NCBI GenBank assembly: GCA_964016885.1 | Contig: OZ024743.1 | Location: forward strand, 22,072,001-22,136,000 | Direction of reading: 5' to 3' | Source of the DNA: Eledone cirrhosa | Lineage: Eukaryota | DNA length: 64,000 nucleotides | In this document: positions 1-12,623 of the stretch, one piece after another | Position numbering within the stretch: the first letter of the stretch is position 1 | How the letters are laid out: each line of letters begins with the position of its first letter | Made by a program: the position numbers and the translations under genes | The notes under the pieces: model-generated | Seen by the model: the letters and a program-made list of their open reading frames with translations, nothing else | Databases searched by the model: none | Told to the model about the DNA's origin: nothing

Positions 1-7
1 TCTTCTA

Positions 8-9
<2 letters not shown>

Positions 10-67
<58 letters not shown>
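10..67. repeat. (TA)n microsatellite
   Basis: Direct reading. Confidence 0.95.
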
Positions 68-73
<6 letters not shown>

Positions 74-285
74 TAACAGATTAAAGTTTAAGCAAAGAAT
101 CGCTGCTTTCACCCTTAACGGGATCTGCTGAAACTAAACAAATTAATCTGTGAACGCAGAAGTAAATATTTTGAAAAACGTGGCAACTGAAGGAAGACAG
201 GAAGACGATACTTTGGTTTCAGAAGATCCCGTTAAGGGTGAAAGCAGCGATTCTTTGCTTAAACTTTTTATCTGTTATTTTAATA
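66..285 (+). mobile_element. Fold-back PLE pseudo-LTR remnant between (TA)n tracts
   Basis: Inverted arms 66-138 and 212-285 with a few mismatches; degenerate hammerhead at 216-264. Confidence 0.6.
216..264 (+). ncRNA. Degenerate type I hammerhead ribozyme motif
   Basis: gttt-CAGAAGA (core CUGANGA with U4>A)-tccc gttaa gggt-GAAA-gca...tgc-TT-aaac; all three helices can pair. Confidence 0.45.
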
Positions 286-816
286 AATATATATATATAT
301 GTATATGTATATATATATATGTATATATATGTATATGTATATATATATATGTGTATTTATATGTATATATATATAAATATATATATATATACATATATAT
401 ATATGTGTGTGTGCATGAAAGAGATGTAGTGTTGTATGTGTATGTGTGTATTATATATATGCGTGTAGTCATGTGTATCCCGGTTTTTAGAATAAGCGCA
501 ATGTATCAAAACTAAGTACCAACATGAACGCTAATAATATAGAAATAAATACGTCCATTTCAGGAAACTATTGTAAAGTTTCCTTGCGGTTGTTTCAATG
601 ATTATACATATCTTCTGATGTGAACCTAAATAGTTTCCAAAATCGATTTAAGATATTTCTTTCAATGTAAATGGAAGTACGTATATTTGGCATATTTACA
701 TGACTATACAATGGTTAAATTTATATGCATACTTACGCAGTCCTCTTCAAAACATTGTTTTCCGTTTTGCCTTGTTTTTGTTCGTTGTCTTGTCTTCACT
801 TTGTTAATTTTCCTAT

Positions 817-1220
817 ATCATCATCATCATCATCATCATCATCATCGTTTAACGTGCATCCTCCACACTATCATGGGTTAGATGGTTTTGTTCCATTTGA
901 TGCGGGATTGGTCGGGAGACCGTGTCTTGCTCGTACGGAAGTGTCTCTGGCAGGTTTTCTACAACTGTATGACCTTCGTAACACCAACCACATTTACAGT
1001 GTGGACTGGGAGCCTTTTTACCGTGTCTCCTACACGACCACTTTACAGCGTGGACTGGGTGCTCTTTGTTGTGTCACTGACACGGTGGGCGGAAATGGGA
1101 GGATGGGGTAGGATGTGTGGGTGGGGCGTATATTGGGTTAAGAGGTGACTACTGACTGTAGGTTTGTATGCAAGGGAAGGCGGGTCTTCTGTACAACTGC
1201 ATGGCACCAAAAATCTCGAT
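817..1220 (-). mobile_element. RTE-type LINE 3' UTR fragment with (GAT)n tail
   Basis: Homologous to 13170-13560 and 50563-50680, which adjoin RTE ORF ends; (CAT)n on the plus strand. Confidence 0.75.
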
Positions 1221-2480
1221 CCAGATTTTTATAGTAGTCTGTATTAATGATGACTATTGTGCCACCTTTATCAACTTCTTTGATAGTGATTGTAAATCAA
1301 TTGAATTCTTCCATTCCTTTTTTCGAGAAATTTGATTTGGCATTTCTATTTCCAGTTTTTTCAAAGGGAAAATTCATAATGAGTTTGCAGTAGGAATCTG
1401 ATGCTTTATTCCTTCTTTTCTTTTGGGCAAAAATCTCTTTTGTTTCTAACAAGTGTTTCGACTTCATTGTAATTGTTTTTGTAGAGGAATTCAGCTAGCC
1501 TGAGCTTTCCTCAGAACTCTGTGATGCCATTTTTCAGTTTGGGGAATTTGGTTTTTTGTGGGGTGGATATAAATATCAGTCCCTTAATATATCTAATTTG
1601 GAGTTTGTCAATGACTTCTTTGAAAGGTTGATTACCTTCGGACTTTTATGTGTTGAGGCCATCATATGTCCTGGTATTTCTCTCCTTGTGCTAACAAAAG
1701 ATTGTTATTTTGAGCGCAGTTGTTTCTTCTTCTTTGTCTGTTTTTGTGGGTCTCTAGTTTGATTTTTTTAATGGAAATTTGTGTAGTCTACGAGTGGTAA
1801 CTGTTATAGTCGTTTTTATGTAGAGGTTCTGTTGAAATTCATAGGTTTATATTATAGAGTTTCCCTTTGTTGTTTTGGAGTTTGGTTCTTTGGAAGGTTT
1901 TTTTTGTTATTGTCTATATTGTAGTGATTGGATGTGCTTTCCTGTTGTACTTGTTTGTGTATATTTTAAATAGAGGGGAATTATTTCTGTGGTTTGGATG
2001 TGTTGGGTTTGGTGCTTTGACTGTTTCTGCAGTTTATTTATCGGAGGGAGTGTGGCCTGAGTGGTGTAATTCAAAAATTCCTTTTTATATTTAAGAAACC
2101 ACTTTTCACTCTTTTCCCATTGTTGCAGTGATCTGCATTCTCGCAATCTTCATTCCAAAGGTTTAATAAGTTTTGTAAGATTGGTCCTTCAGCTTTTTAG
2201 CAGATTCCTCTTCCACATGTTGATCAATATCTTTGTATCGTTATTCGTTTCCAGTGGTTCTTAATTTTAGAAGTTCTATTTCCATCTTCAATGTGTTCCA
2301 GGAGTGTTCTTTATTGTTCTAGATCGTTGGTTATTGGATTTATTTGTAATTTTCTGGGTAAGATCAGTTGGGTAGAACTTATCCATCACACCTCTGTTCA
2401 TAAGTGTGAATTTTTTTCTTTTCAATTGTTCTTTTTTTTTCCAAATGTAACCGATTTTGTTTTTGATGTGGTGTGAAGTT
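1221..2480 (-). pseudogene. Penelope-like element, N-terminal/pre-RT region relic
   Basis: Minus strand reads GLIFIST..., EF*GKLRLAEFL and ITIKEVDKGGTIVIINTDYYK (1228-1290, the PLE DKG motif); stops and frameshifts present. Confidence 0.7.
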
Positions 2481-2797
2481 TCTTGTTGTTTTGTACACGT
2501 TAGGGTGTTAAAATGTAAAAACTAAGCAGATGAATAAGGCGTTAAGAAAATTGTGAAAATAGAAGATAAGTGGTTCATAAAATATTTGTACAAAATTAAG
2601 AAAAAATTGTATACATTAGAAATATTTCCGCTGAAGTGAGAGCAGAAAAGGGATCTGATGTACATATATATATTTATATATATAAAGAATTAATATCTAG
2701 TAACATATATATACATACAGATGCATATCAATGCTAGCAAATATATAGGTTTTGTCTTAGTAACTTTGTGGTTCAATGCATGGGGATGCAGAACAAT

Positions 2798-3100
2798 AAT
2801 ATGAGAGACGTAAAATAAGAAAATTATAAAATTAACTTACTTACTAAAATTTCACTTCCAACTAATTAGTTTCTGAAATGGAATAAATATACTTTCCGAA
2901 GAAAATATAGAGAATCATTTCGTCGTCAGGGAAGACTTGCATGGATACTTAGCTGAGAATAGTCTTCCCTGACGACGAAATGATTCTCTATATTTTCTTC
3001 GGAAAGTATATTTATTCCATTTCAGAAACTAATTAGTTGGAAGTGAAATTTTAGTAAGTAAGTTAATTTTATAATTTTCTTACTTTACGTCTCTCATATT
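2798..3100. repeat. 140-bp-arm inverted repeat (inverted PLE pseudo-LTR end) abutting (TA)n
   Basis: Arms 2798-2937 and 2961-3100, one mismatch seen, 23-bp spacer. Confidence 0.9.
2964..3043 (+). ncRNA. Type I hammerhead ribozyme motif (mirror copy on minus strand at 2855-2934)
   Basis: cttcc-CTGACGA-long helix II with c(UUCG)g loop-GAAA-CTAATTAG-TT-ggaag; helix III ACTAATTAGT is palindromic. Confidence 0.7.
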
Positions 3101-3184
3101 TATATATATATATATATATATCATCATCATCATTTTACGTCCGCTTTTCCCTGGTTGCAAGGGTGGGTTATATATATATCCCGC

Positions 3185-3243
<59 letters not shown>

Positions 3244-3264
3244 GACCTTATATATATATATATA

Positions 3265-4445
3265 GTTCTCATTTTCTACGGCACCCAACATGGCGGACTA
3301 CATGGCCAGGACCAACGCGTTCAAATTGAGGAACCCTCATGGGCGCAACGATCAGGCACCAGACCCACCGGGGGGGGGGGGGGGGGCGCGGAAGTGGCTA
3401 ATGGCTCTGGTGACGCGTTTGGGGGCAGAGCCGCGGCTGCGGAGGGCTCCAGACCTGCCAGCAGAGACCAGTTGGTGGTGAACATGGAGTCCGCCACTCC
3501 GCCGGAACACCACTCTCGGACCGGTGATACACAATTAGGACGCCAGGACCACGTAACGGGAGTTTCAAAAAAGATACACGGACATGTAACTGCCGTGTCC
3601 GTGAGAAGTGCCTCCTGCAGGAAATGTGCCTGACTAAGGGCGTTGTCTGCAGATGTGTGGTTACCACGCACAACGATAGGCACACATACATCGGAGCTAC
3701 ATCCACGACTTTTAAGTCGAGGATGTACAACCGCATGAGTTCGTTCAAGGGCAGGAACAATAGACATTCCACCAGATTGGCGGACTTAGTATGGAGACTC
3801 AAAGACAGTGGCATTGAATACGACCTCGGCTGGGGTATTGTACAGCATGCGAATGCGTACTCGGCCGGAGAGAGGAAGTGCAAGTTATGCCTGTCTGAGG
3901 CTAAGGAGATAATAAAACTTAAGGGCGACGCAATCAACCTCAAGTCTGAAATAATCATGGCATGCAGACATCAACGTAAATCCACACTCTCCACCCTAGT
4001 GATACCGGATCGATCTGCATAGCGCACCACCGGCACCGCAACACCAGGTGGAGCGCATGCAGCGAACCACAATTGAACATTGCATATCTATGAATGCATG
4101 ACAGCACAAGCTGATAGCAGTACCAGTTCAAACATTGCCCACCTCGTAGAACACTCTAATAGCACCACCACACCAATTTGCGGACGCTGACTCATTACAA
4201 GTAGGATAGGGTCTACAAACATGTGTGGTTTTAAATTTTCAAATTTCCTAATTTTCAAACTTTAAAATTTTTAAATTGTTGATTTCCGATATTCGATTCG
4301 CGGTACTTAATCCGCTACTTGGATGATGGACATGATGCTGGTCTTAAGGTTAATATCGCAGCTAATCGTAATGTTGATGTTAATTTTAATTTTGATTTTG
4401 ATTTTGATTTCAAGTTTTAATTTTGTGGTTCCATGCCGCCGATAT
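3265..4445 (+). mobile_element. 5'-truncated Penelope-like (Naiad-type) element encoding GIY-YIG endonuclease
   Basis: SFSTAPNM...; CNCRVREKC..MCL..VV...YIGATSTTFKSR...ST.LADLVWRLK...CKLCLSE...INLKSE...CRH (ORF 3624-4022 plus in-frame upstream); begins right after (TA)n; 3' boundary approximate. Confidence 0.85.
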
Positions 4446-4849
4446 ACACACTCACTAAACTGTAGTCATGACTACAGTTTAGTGCAACTAAACTGTAGTC
4501 ATGTGACTTTATTATTTTTTTTACATCTATTTAATAACCAAAACACAGTGAGTTATAGCCTTAATTATTTGGTGTGGTGGGAACTAATAGAAAAGACAAA
4601 ATATTTTTTTCCTTCGTTAATGTCTAATGTATTTATTTAGGAATATCATTTGAAAGTCTATTGTACTGTAGAATTAGCAATGCATTTACTTGGAATGGGC
4701 ATTATAATATTACATTAAAATGTAAAAGATTTCATGAATTTTCATAAAATATAAATACTTCATTTAAACATAAATTCTAAGCATTTTGCTTTTATAGCAA
4801 ATTTCCCTAGTATCTTGTATAATGCTTTTTTGTCTTTCTAAATCGGCGA

Positions 4850-5240
4850 GCATCTGTTTTTTGGTGGAAACACGAGCCATTGAAAATTATGATCAAGAAG
4901 TCATTGTTCATTTTATGAATGATAAATTTCTGTCAATGGCTGAGAAGCATCTTTCACTTGCAGCTGAAGTTGCAGGGGTGGTCAGGGAAAGTTGAATTAG
5001 TCTAAAAGTTTCAGACATGACAAACCAGAAACTCTTTGTTTGATTTAAAGTCATTGCCATTACACAAATACCTGAACTCATTTACCAAAGATTTGCACTG
5101 CAAAGTGTCTATATCTTCAATGGGGAATGTATAAAACACTTTCAAATTTCTTCACATCAAGTAATTTAAAATATAGAAGTGTGAGAAAATTGCTTCTTAA
5201 ACCATGGGCATCTCATTGCTTTAGGCAAATGGAAGATTAC
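4850..5240 (-). pseudogene. hAT transposase C-terminal dimerisation domain relic
   Basis: Minus strand ~5018-4900 reads MSETFRLIQLSLTTPATSAASERCFSAIDRNLSFIK*TM. Confidence 0.7.
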
Positions 5241-5697
5241 GATATATCATGCAGTAGTTCTCAAACTTATTTTGACTTAGAATCCTTGTGAAATTTTCTA
5301 AACATTGCAGCATCTATATAATTTTTGGACAATTCCTATCACCCTAATTTTAATACTTATTCTTCTCAAGCAGACACAACCAAACTTTAAACTTTTTTAC
5401 CCTTTTTTTATCAAACAGCTATATAGTTTTATCAGGCTGGAATTTATGGCCTGGAAGTTCAAAGGAATAGGAATACATTTTTTTATATACCATTTTTAAA
5501 GTTGAAACAAAGCTATATTTTCTTTGCAAAATATTGAATTTTGGATTAGTTCGTGTGAGAATTCTTATCTCAAGTTATACTTTGGAGCCCAGACAAATAT
5601 TAAGCAGAGTTCTGAAATATTTTTCATTGGCTTGAAGTGGTTAGACCTGACAGTTAGGTCACTGGGGCTTACCTGATGCTGTTACCACTGATATATG

Positions 5698-5797
5698 CAG
5701 GGTGTCCCCAAAAATTGTATACATACTTCAACAGCATTCTAATAAATGTTGCCTGTACAGGTAACCAAAGTGTGTATACATTTTTGGGGACACACTG
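5698..5797. mobile_element. Tc1/mariner-type MITE
   Basis: ~30-bp TIRs cagggtgtccccaaaaa...tttttggggacacactg; TA on the right flank, TG on the left. Confidence 0.7.
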
Positions 5798-6379
5798 TAT
5801 ATAATTGATGCATGCACAATATCTGTCAAAAAATATCCGACTTTACATTCTTTCCCATGGGAAGTAATGATGTTAGGAAGACATGTGTGCAGAGTGGAGG
5901 CACATCAAGTTCAAATAACAACTTTAGCAGTCCTTTGTGATAACCATGAAACTGCATGTGTTACTGCGTTGGGTCTTTTTTTCAGTTTCATGGAATATTC
6001 TTGTAGAACTAGCTCCCTATTTTTATTTTTCATTTTTTATTTTATTTTTCCTTTTCCACAACTCTCTGCAAGTCATTTGGGTCCTATACTCACAAAGGAA
6101 TGGTATGATACTTGCTGAGATTCCAGATATTTATCTTCTTGCTCTTCCTCCAACTCATCATAAAATGATGAATTGGTGCTCCTTGGAGGAAACTGATATG
6201 CTTTGTAACCGCCTGCCTCTTGTTTCCTAGTTTCTGGAACCGATAAAAAAGCCATTCTCAGAGCTAAACCGGTGATGTAACTGTTGGTGCTATTGGAACA
6301 ACAGCCTCTGAAACCAGCTCTCTGTTTTGTTTTTCCTTCTTTCTTATTTTTGCACTTACAGTTCCTCAGGGTGGAAAAT

Positions 6380-7070
6380 CCTTAAATCATTTTGGCTTCC
6401 ACAAATATAACAACTGGGCTTTCTTTCCTCTACCACTAGTCTCACTAAGCATATATCTATGCCCAAGACTCACCACCCATGCAAACATACTTTCCTAAAT
6501 GGACCCTTCCCTGTCTATGAACAATACCCACCATTTCTCAATGCGTTCCAATTCTACTGTATTTATTTATAGTTACTTAAACTGGACCACTTTTGTATTC
6601 AATATATTAAACATATGCAGAACTCAATGATCATGAGAAAATATTTGCAAGCTAGAAAATACTTGACCCTCCCCTGTCAGCCTCCCATAAAACACCACCA
6701 CCACCAACAATAACAAAAGATCGATACTCTACAAAACTCAGGTGAGACTCATGCAGGAGTACTGCTCCCACATCTTAGATGATGTTGTTGCTGCACATCC
6801 AAACATTCTAGTCTGACCCAAGGAACAGGTCACAAATTACAGGCTCTAACTTCTACAACAACTAAAATAGATTTTATTCCTTGAAGCTGATTGATCCTGT
6901 ACCACCTTCACTCAGTCACTTTCGACTTACATGTATCATCACCCATTTGTCAAAATTCCATGTCCCAAATTCACACAAATCATTACACCCAGTCCTTTCT
7001 TCTCATAATGCCATCGTCCTAATTCCACCATTCAAACTAGCTCATTTTTACCTTGGGTCATTGATTTGAA
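6380..7070 (+). pseudogene. Degenerate CR1/Jockey-group LINE 3' ORF2 relic
   Basis: KTQVRLMQEYCSHI resembles the YK.QVRP.MEYCSHIW thumb motif; boundaries approximate. Confidence 0.5.
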
Positions 7071-7794
7071 ATTGTTAACAGTTTCAATCTCTATGGTAAT
7101 AGGGGAGCCTGCACCTTTCTCTCGAAATATTATTCTGTTGCTTCTATGATCCTGAATAAGATCATCAGAGTAGTTTGACACTCAGAAAAATGAAATAATG
7201 TACTTGAAAAATATGTCCTGACTTGGGATATTGATACAATATTGGGCACTTGTATGAATTCTAGCTTGGCATAGAAACCAAGACATATTCTGTTTTACTT
7301 GCATTAAGAGAAATGGAAATTCTATTTGCTTTTAACCTCAGCTTAGTAATCTTCAGTGAATTTTAATACATTTCCTAATAGATTTAAAAGATTAGTAAAA
7401 GATTAAAAGATTTATGTCATCCACAAAACAAAAATACAAAGAAATAGATAGAAAAAAGAAAGATGCACTCTGTAGAATGAAAATAAATTAATCACCAAAT
7501 GTCGTCCAGAAACTGATCCCTGAAGGATTTCCTCTATTTACTGGCTTGCTACTAAATTAAAAGCCTGATTTAAAGTAATATTAAGTTCAAGAAGATAAAC
7601 TGTGATAAACAAGAGGATTTAAATAATAAGTTGAAAAACTCATAAAAGCTATAGTAAAATGTTGTGTACTAAAGTATCTTATAAGCTGTTGTAGTTCAGA
7701 ATATTTTAGAAGAATAAATGCATCACGTGTGAAATAACCATCAATAAGAGAATTTGAATATTTAGTTAGGACTATGTGTATATATGTATGTATG

Positions 7795-7858
<64 letters not shown>

Positions 7859-7862
7859 TGTA

Positions 7863-7894
<32 letters not shown>

Positions 7895-7898
7895 AATA

Positions 7899-8005
7899 TA
7901 TAGGAAAAGAGCCTGACTCTTTTCCTATTACCCACTCTACTACCCTAAGTATCAAGTACTCTGGTGCATTATGGTCCACATGGTATCTTACTACACCTCT
8001 GTTAT
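7899..8005 (+). mobile_element. Short (TA)n-inserted element end (same family as 12622 and 56563)
   Basis: Reverse-complement homology to 12622-12715; small terminal hairpin ataggaaaagag/ctcttttcctat. Confidence 0.65.
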
Positions 8006-8051
8006 GTATATATATATATAGGCAGAATGAGTCTGGGAAGAATATATATAT

Positions 8052-8520
8052 ATTCTTCCCAGACACTCATTCTGCCTGATGCAGACTGCACATCAGCATG
8101 AGATATTCTTCTCCCCAAAGTTCGATCACCAAGAGCAGAGTTTAAAGAGAAAATGTCAAGTCCAGTCTATACGTTGACATTATCAAACAACCTTTTTGGC
8201 TGTTGACCTTTGCTTCTCTTACCAGCTAACTTTCTTTTTTGGCCTAACTTACTCACACCATGAATTGATCTTTTGATATAACCATACAGTTTAAGTACTC
8301 TTGACTTGATAACTGATGTGATTGGTTTTAGCTTGGTAATGTTGAGTAGCTCATTGATAGAGATATGGTCGCTGAGTTGTTTGTTAGTCATAAGTCTCAT
8401 GATGTGGTTCTGGAATGTAGGGAGCTTCTGAAGTGACCTTGTTCAGTTAACACAATTAAGACCACAAAACACAACTGGTAGGGTTTAAGTGTCAACGATC
8501 TTAGCCTTCAAATGATAAGA
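8052..8520 (-). pseudogene. RTE-like LINE 3' end relic
   Basis: ORF 8167-8400: RVLKLYGYIKR...GKRSKGQQPKRLFDNV, a typical RTE C-terminus. Confidence 0.6.
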
Positions 8521-9024
8521 AATTCCTATTGATACTTGCCAACACACAGCAATGCGACCATTCCATTGCTTTTTATGATAGTTTGTTACTGACATATACA
8601 AACTCCATAACTTGAGTAGTTTACTGGTTGTAGATTGTGAGTTGGAGATTGGTATTTTTTTATCAGTTGTCATACACTTCATGTACACACATTAAAACAA
8701 GCAAATTAACAAAAAATCTGGGAGCATAGGTCAGATAGAAGAGGAATAAACAAACAACATGCGTACATGCACACGCACATACTCAAACACACACAAACAC
8801 ACACACATATTCAAACATACACGAAAGAATGAAAAAAAACCCATGCAATAACAGGACCGAGATCTCTGTCATTATGTAGTAATACAGAAGACCCACCTTC
8901 CCACGAGAACAGGCTGAAGCTGAAGCGTATATATATAGTATACACCACCCCCATGAGGACAGGGTAAAGTATACATCTAGTGAAGCCTCCAGCCATCACT
9001 GCAAAGTTGTCATGGTGGTGGTGA

Positions 9025-9315
9025 TATGGCAAAAAGTACCCAGCCCACGTTGTAAAGTGGTCATGTAGGTGTCATGACAAAAAGCACCCAGCACACACTA
9101 TAAGGTGGTCATGTATGTGTTACATCAAAAAGCACACAGTACTCACTGTAAATGTTATTGAGGTTAGGAAGGACATCCAGTTGTAGAAACCAAGCCAAAA
9201 TCAGTTCTGTATGAGCAAGACATGGTCATCTGACATAGCTTGTCTCGCAATAGGACAACTCGTCTAACCCATACTAGTGTGGAAAAATGGACATTAAACG
9301 GCGATGATGATGATG
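9025..9315 (+). mobile_element. Retroposon 3' segment with ~55-bp internal repeats and (GAT)n tail
   Basis: Shares ...ttaggaaggacatccag...aacccat..tggaaaa.tggacattaaacg(atg)n with the reverse complement of 13170-13430 and 37506-37750. Confidence 0.65.
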
Positions 9316-9569
9316 CTCTCTCTCTCTCTATATATATATATATACATATATACCAACCTTTGCTAGCAGGGAAAGTGGATGTTAAATGACAATGAAGATA
9401 ATGATGATGATATATATGTAAGTATATAAATTAACTAAATTAATTTTAATTTTTGATTAAAACATTTCGTAAATCCCTAGATCTTTTTTTTTTTTTGTAG
9501 AATTTAATTTGGGAAATACTGATCTATCATAGAAAGACCAACAATGAAACCAAGAGATAGAGAATGACA

Positions 9570-10175
9570 GACAGACAGCTGGAATAGTTGCAGAGGGAAT
9601 ATTTCTGTACAAAGGTTTTTTTTAAAAAGTATCTCAGAGCCATGTTCATGAATGATGGAAGGCGGGAGGCTGAATTAAGTGCAAGAATTGCAGGAATTGT
9701 TGCAGTAATATGCCAGCTTCAGCATTTGGTAATCAGAAGAAGGAAGGTAGATGTAAAAGCCAATCTAGTATTCTTCAATTCGGTATTCATGTCAATACTT
9801 ACCTCTGGTCATGAATGTTGGGTAATGATCAAAAGAATATGATGAAGAATACAAACAAATGGGTATGGAGTAACTTTCTTCTCTTAGTTACTCAAAGAGT
9901 CGCTCCAGGTAGAGCTGCTACTTCTCTGAATTGAGAGATCGCAGGTTCGATATTTCAGGCATGTGGTTAGAATGTCTCAGGAAAGAATTGCTGGGCAGAT
10001 TTTCTGGGAAAATCCAACCAGCAAGAGACCCAAAGGCAGACCCTGAACAAGATGATTGGATAACATCCATGAACTCAGCTGGATCAGTTGGAAATGGTTG
10101 CTTTTGACAGGATTTTCTGGAAGGAGTGTTTGAAGACTCCTATTACTCTCTCAGGAATAAGTGAAATAAGAAGAA
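9570..10175 (+). pseudogene. RTE LINE (family 2) 3' fragment
   Basis: EAELSARI...FNSVFMSILTSGHECWVM; (GAA)n tail; homologous to the reverse complement of 53140-53800. Confidence 0.8.
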
Positions 10176-10991
10176 GTTTTGTTTTTACTAGGGCTGTCCC
10201 TGGATCTCTTTAGCAGAGATCACTCTGCTGCAACTATTTGGGACAGCACTCTGGTATGAGGCTAACCTCTTTTCCTCATGTATACTGCAAAGAAATGGTT
10301 CATGGACACAAACTTCTGGCTAAATAGCATAATATATGATGAACTAGCTCTGTTAAATTTTTTGATGTAAGGTACTCTTTCTTGTTTTTGTTTTATATGG
10401 TTACATATCTTGTACAGTGGTAAAGTGGCAGAGTCAATAGAACTTTGGATATATTGCTTTTCAGTATTTGCTCTGACTCTTTCCACTGAGTTCAAATCCC
10501 ACTGAAATCAACTTTGCTGTTCATCATTTCAAGGTAAAAAATATAGTAACAGTTCAACATGGGGTTGTTTCTTCTTATATATCACTTTCTCACTTCTCTC
10601 CTGCTGTCTATCTGTGCCTATATATTTTTCTGCAAGAAACCAGCTGTGTTCTGTCCTGTAGAGAGATGGGCTCAGCCAGATTTAGATGGTACAATGGTGC
10701 CCTATAAGAAGTTATCATGAAATATGAGTCAATTATTTTCAGTGATTTCTGAGTTGACATTGCGTTTCATTCTAGCCTGGGATCTATAAAATATGTACCA
10801 GTAGCATACTGGTATTTATTTATGAAGCCATTTTCCATTCGCATACAAAAATTGGCCTTTTGCCTTATCGAAGGAGATCAATATATCAACCTCATTAAAA
10901 GAAACCAAACCAAATCAAACTAACTGTCATGCAGCTATTATAGCCAGCTGATTTCTTCCTCAAAGAATCATAAATATCATACAGACTTACA

Positions 10992-11035
<44 letters not shown>

Positions 11036-11089
11036 TATGTATATACATATGCATATATATATATGTGTGTATATATATATATATATGTA

Positions 11090-11761
11090 TAACCCATTTG
11101 CAACGCCGCAGCTCCATTATTATCATATTTACACATATATTTTTTCCTCTGCTGCTACGCGTCTTTTTCGTTCTATGTATCTTTACCCTTTCTAGCAGTC
11201 TCTCTCTCTGTTAGCCTCTTCCTCACCCTTCACTCACTCATTCTCTGTCACTACCTCTCCTCCTCCTCTTTCTTCCCGTTTGACCTGTCCGTAATTCTTT
11301 TCTCGCGCGCTCTTGGCCAAGCTGGTATGAATTGTTTTTCTCTCTCTCTCGTCTGCGATTTCACAGAACTTATGTTTACTGAATTCGCAGACCAGACCCC
11401 TTCTTCCTCCCGTTAGACCTGTGCGAAATTCCTTCCTTGCTCACATTTCAACCAGGTTTGATGGTCTTTATTATCTCGTTCACGATTTCACCGAATTTAT
11501 ATTCATAGAAATCTGGGACTTGTCTCTTTCTTCATCACTTTCTGTTGCTTAAACCATTTTGTTTGTTTACCCTAGCGTCCCCTTTATTTACGTGTCCCAA
11601 CGACTTTTTTTAGCCGTTGCTCGCACCAACCTGAGGTATATGGTCTTTAAAGCGATGAAATGCCTATGACGGTTGGAAGACCACTGATGAAGGACAAACT
11701 TTTTCATATGTAACCCATTTGCAACGCCGCAGCTCCATTATTATCATATTTACACATATAT
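11090..11761. mobile_element. ~620-bp insert in (TA)n bounded by ~50-bp direct repeats
   Basis: taacccatttgcaacgccgcagctccattattatcatatttacacatatat at 11090-11140 and 11711-11761. Confidence 0.6.
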
Positions 11762-11764
11762 ATG

Positions 11765-11804
<40 letters not shown>

Positions 11805-11957
11805 AAAGTTTTATTTAAAATTGTTGGGTTACAACGAGTAAATATTTTATAACTGATATAAAGCACTCAACAAGTTTTGGAGTAGATATACGATATTAAA
11901 CAAATGGAAACTATATTTATTCTATGGTACGTCAAATTTATTTATAAAACTGCTTAT

Positions 11958-12034
11958 ATATTGTATTTTATCTGAAGAAGGCATGCCATATTTTTAATAT
12001 GGTATCCCTGAAATATGTATAATGAAATAAATAT
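11958..12034 (+). ncRNA. Type I hammerhead ribozyme motif in PLE pseudo-LTR remnant
   Basis: tattttat-CTGAAGA-agg.atgccatatt/aatatggtat.cct-GAAA-TATGTA-TA-atgaaata; 35-bp inverted repeat 11886-11920/12041-12075; (TA)n follows. Confidence 0.75.
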
Positions 12035-12069
12035 GGTTTTATAAATATAGTTTCCATTTGTTTAATATC

Positions 12070-12120
<51 letters not shown>

Positions 12121-12588
12121 TATATATATATGTATATATATATATACAAACAACTGTATATAGACACATTTATATATATATACATCATCACCATTTGATG
12201 TCTGCATTTACATGCTGGCTTATATATATATATATATATGTGTGGGGGGGGGGGGTGCATGCACATGTGCGCGTGAGTGTGTATGTGTCTACATATAAAC
12301 AGAAGGAAAGAGAGAGATCTCCAACAGAGAATTGAACTTACAAACATCATAGATTTTTCTGATTTCATAACATTTCCTATTCCAGCTTACTTATATCTGA
12401 TAGTAACATCTATAAATATATAGTTGGCTCAGACACACTGACAGTGTAATCTTATTTTCATATTTCCTCCTGTTGTTTCAATACCATGAAGCCTAAGTAT
12501 ATTAGAGTGTTAGAACTGCACTTTTTTTATATCTGATATTTAATAAATGTATCTTTAATTTGGTTTCTACTTCCAATTACTCTCCCCC

Positions 12589-12621
<33 letters not shown>

Positions 12622-12623
<2 letters not shown>

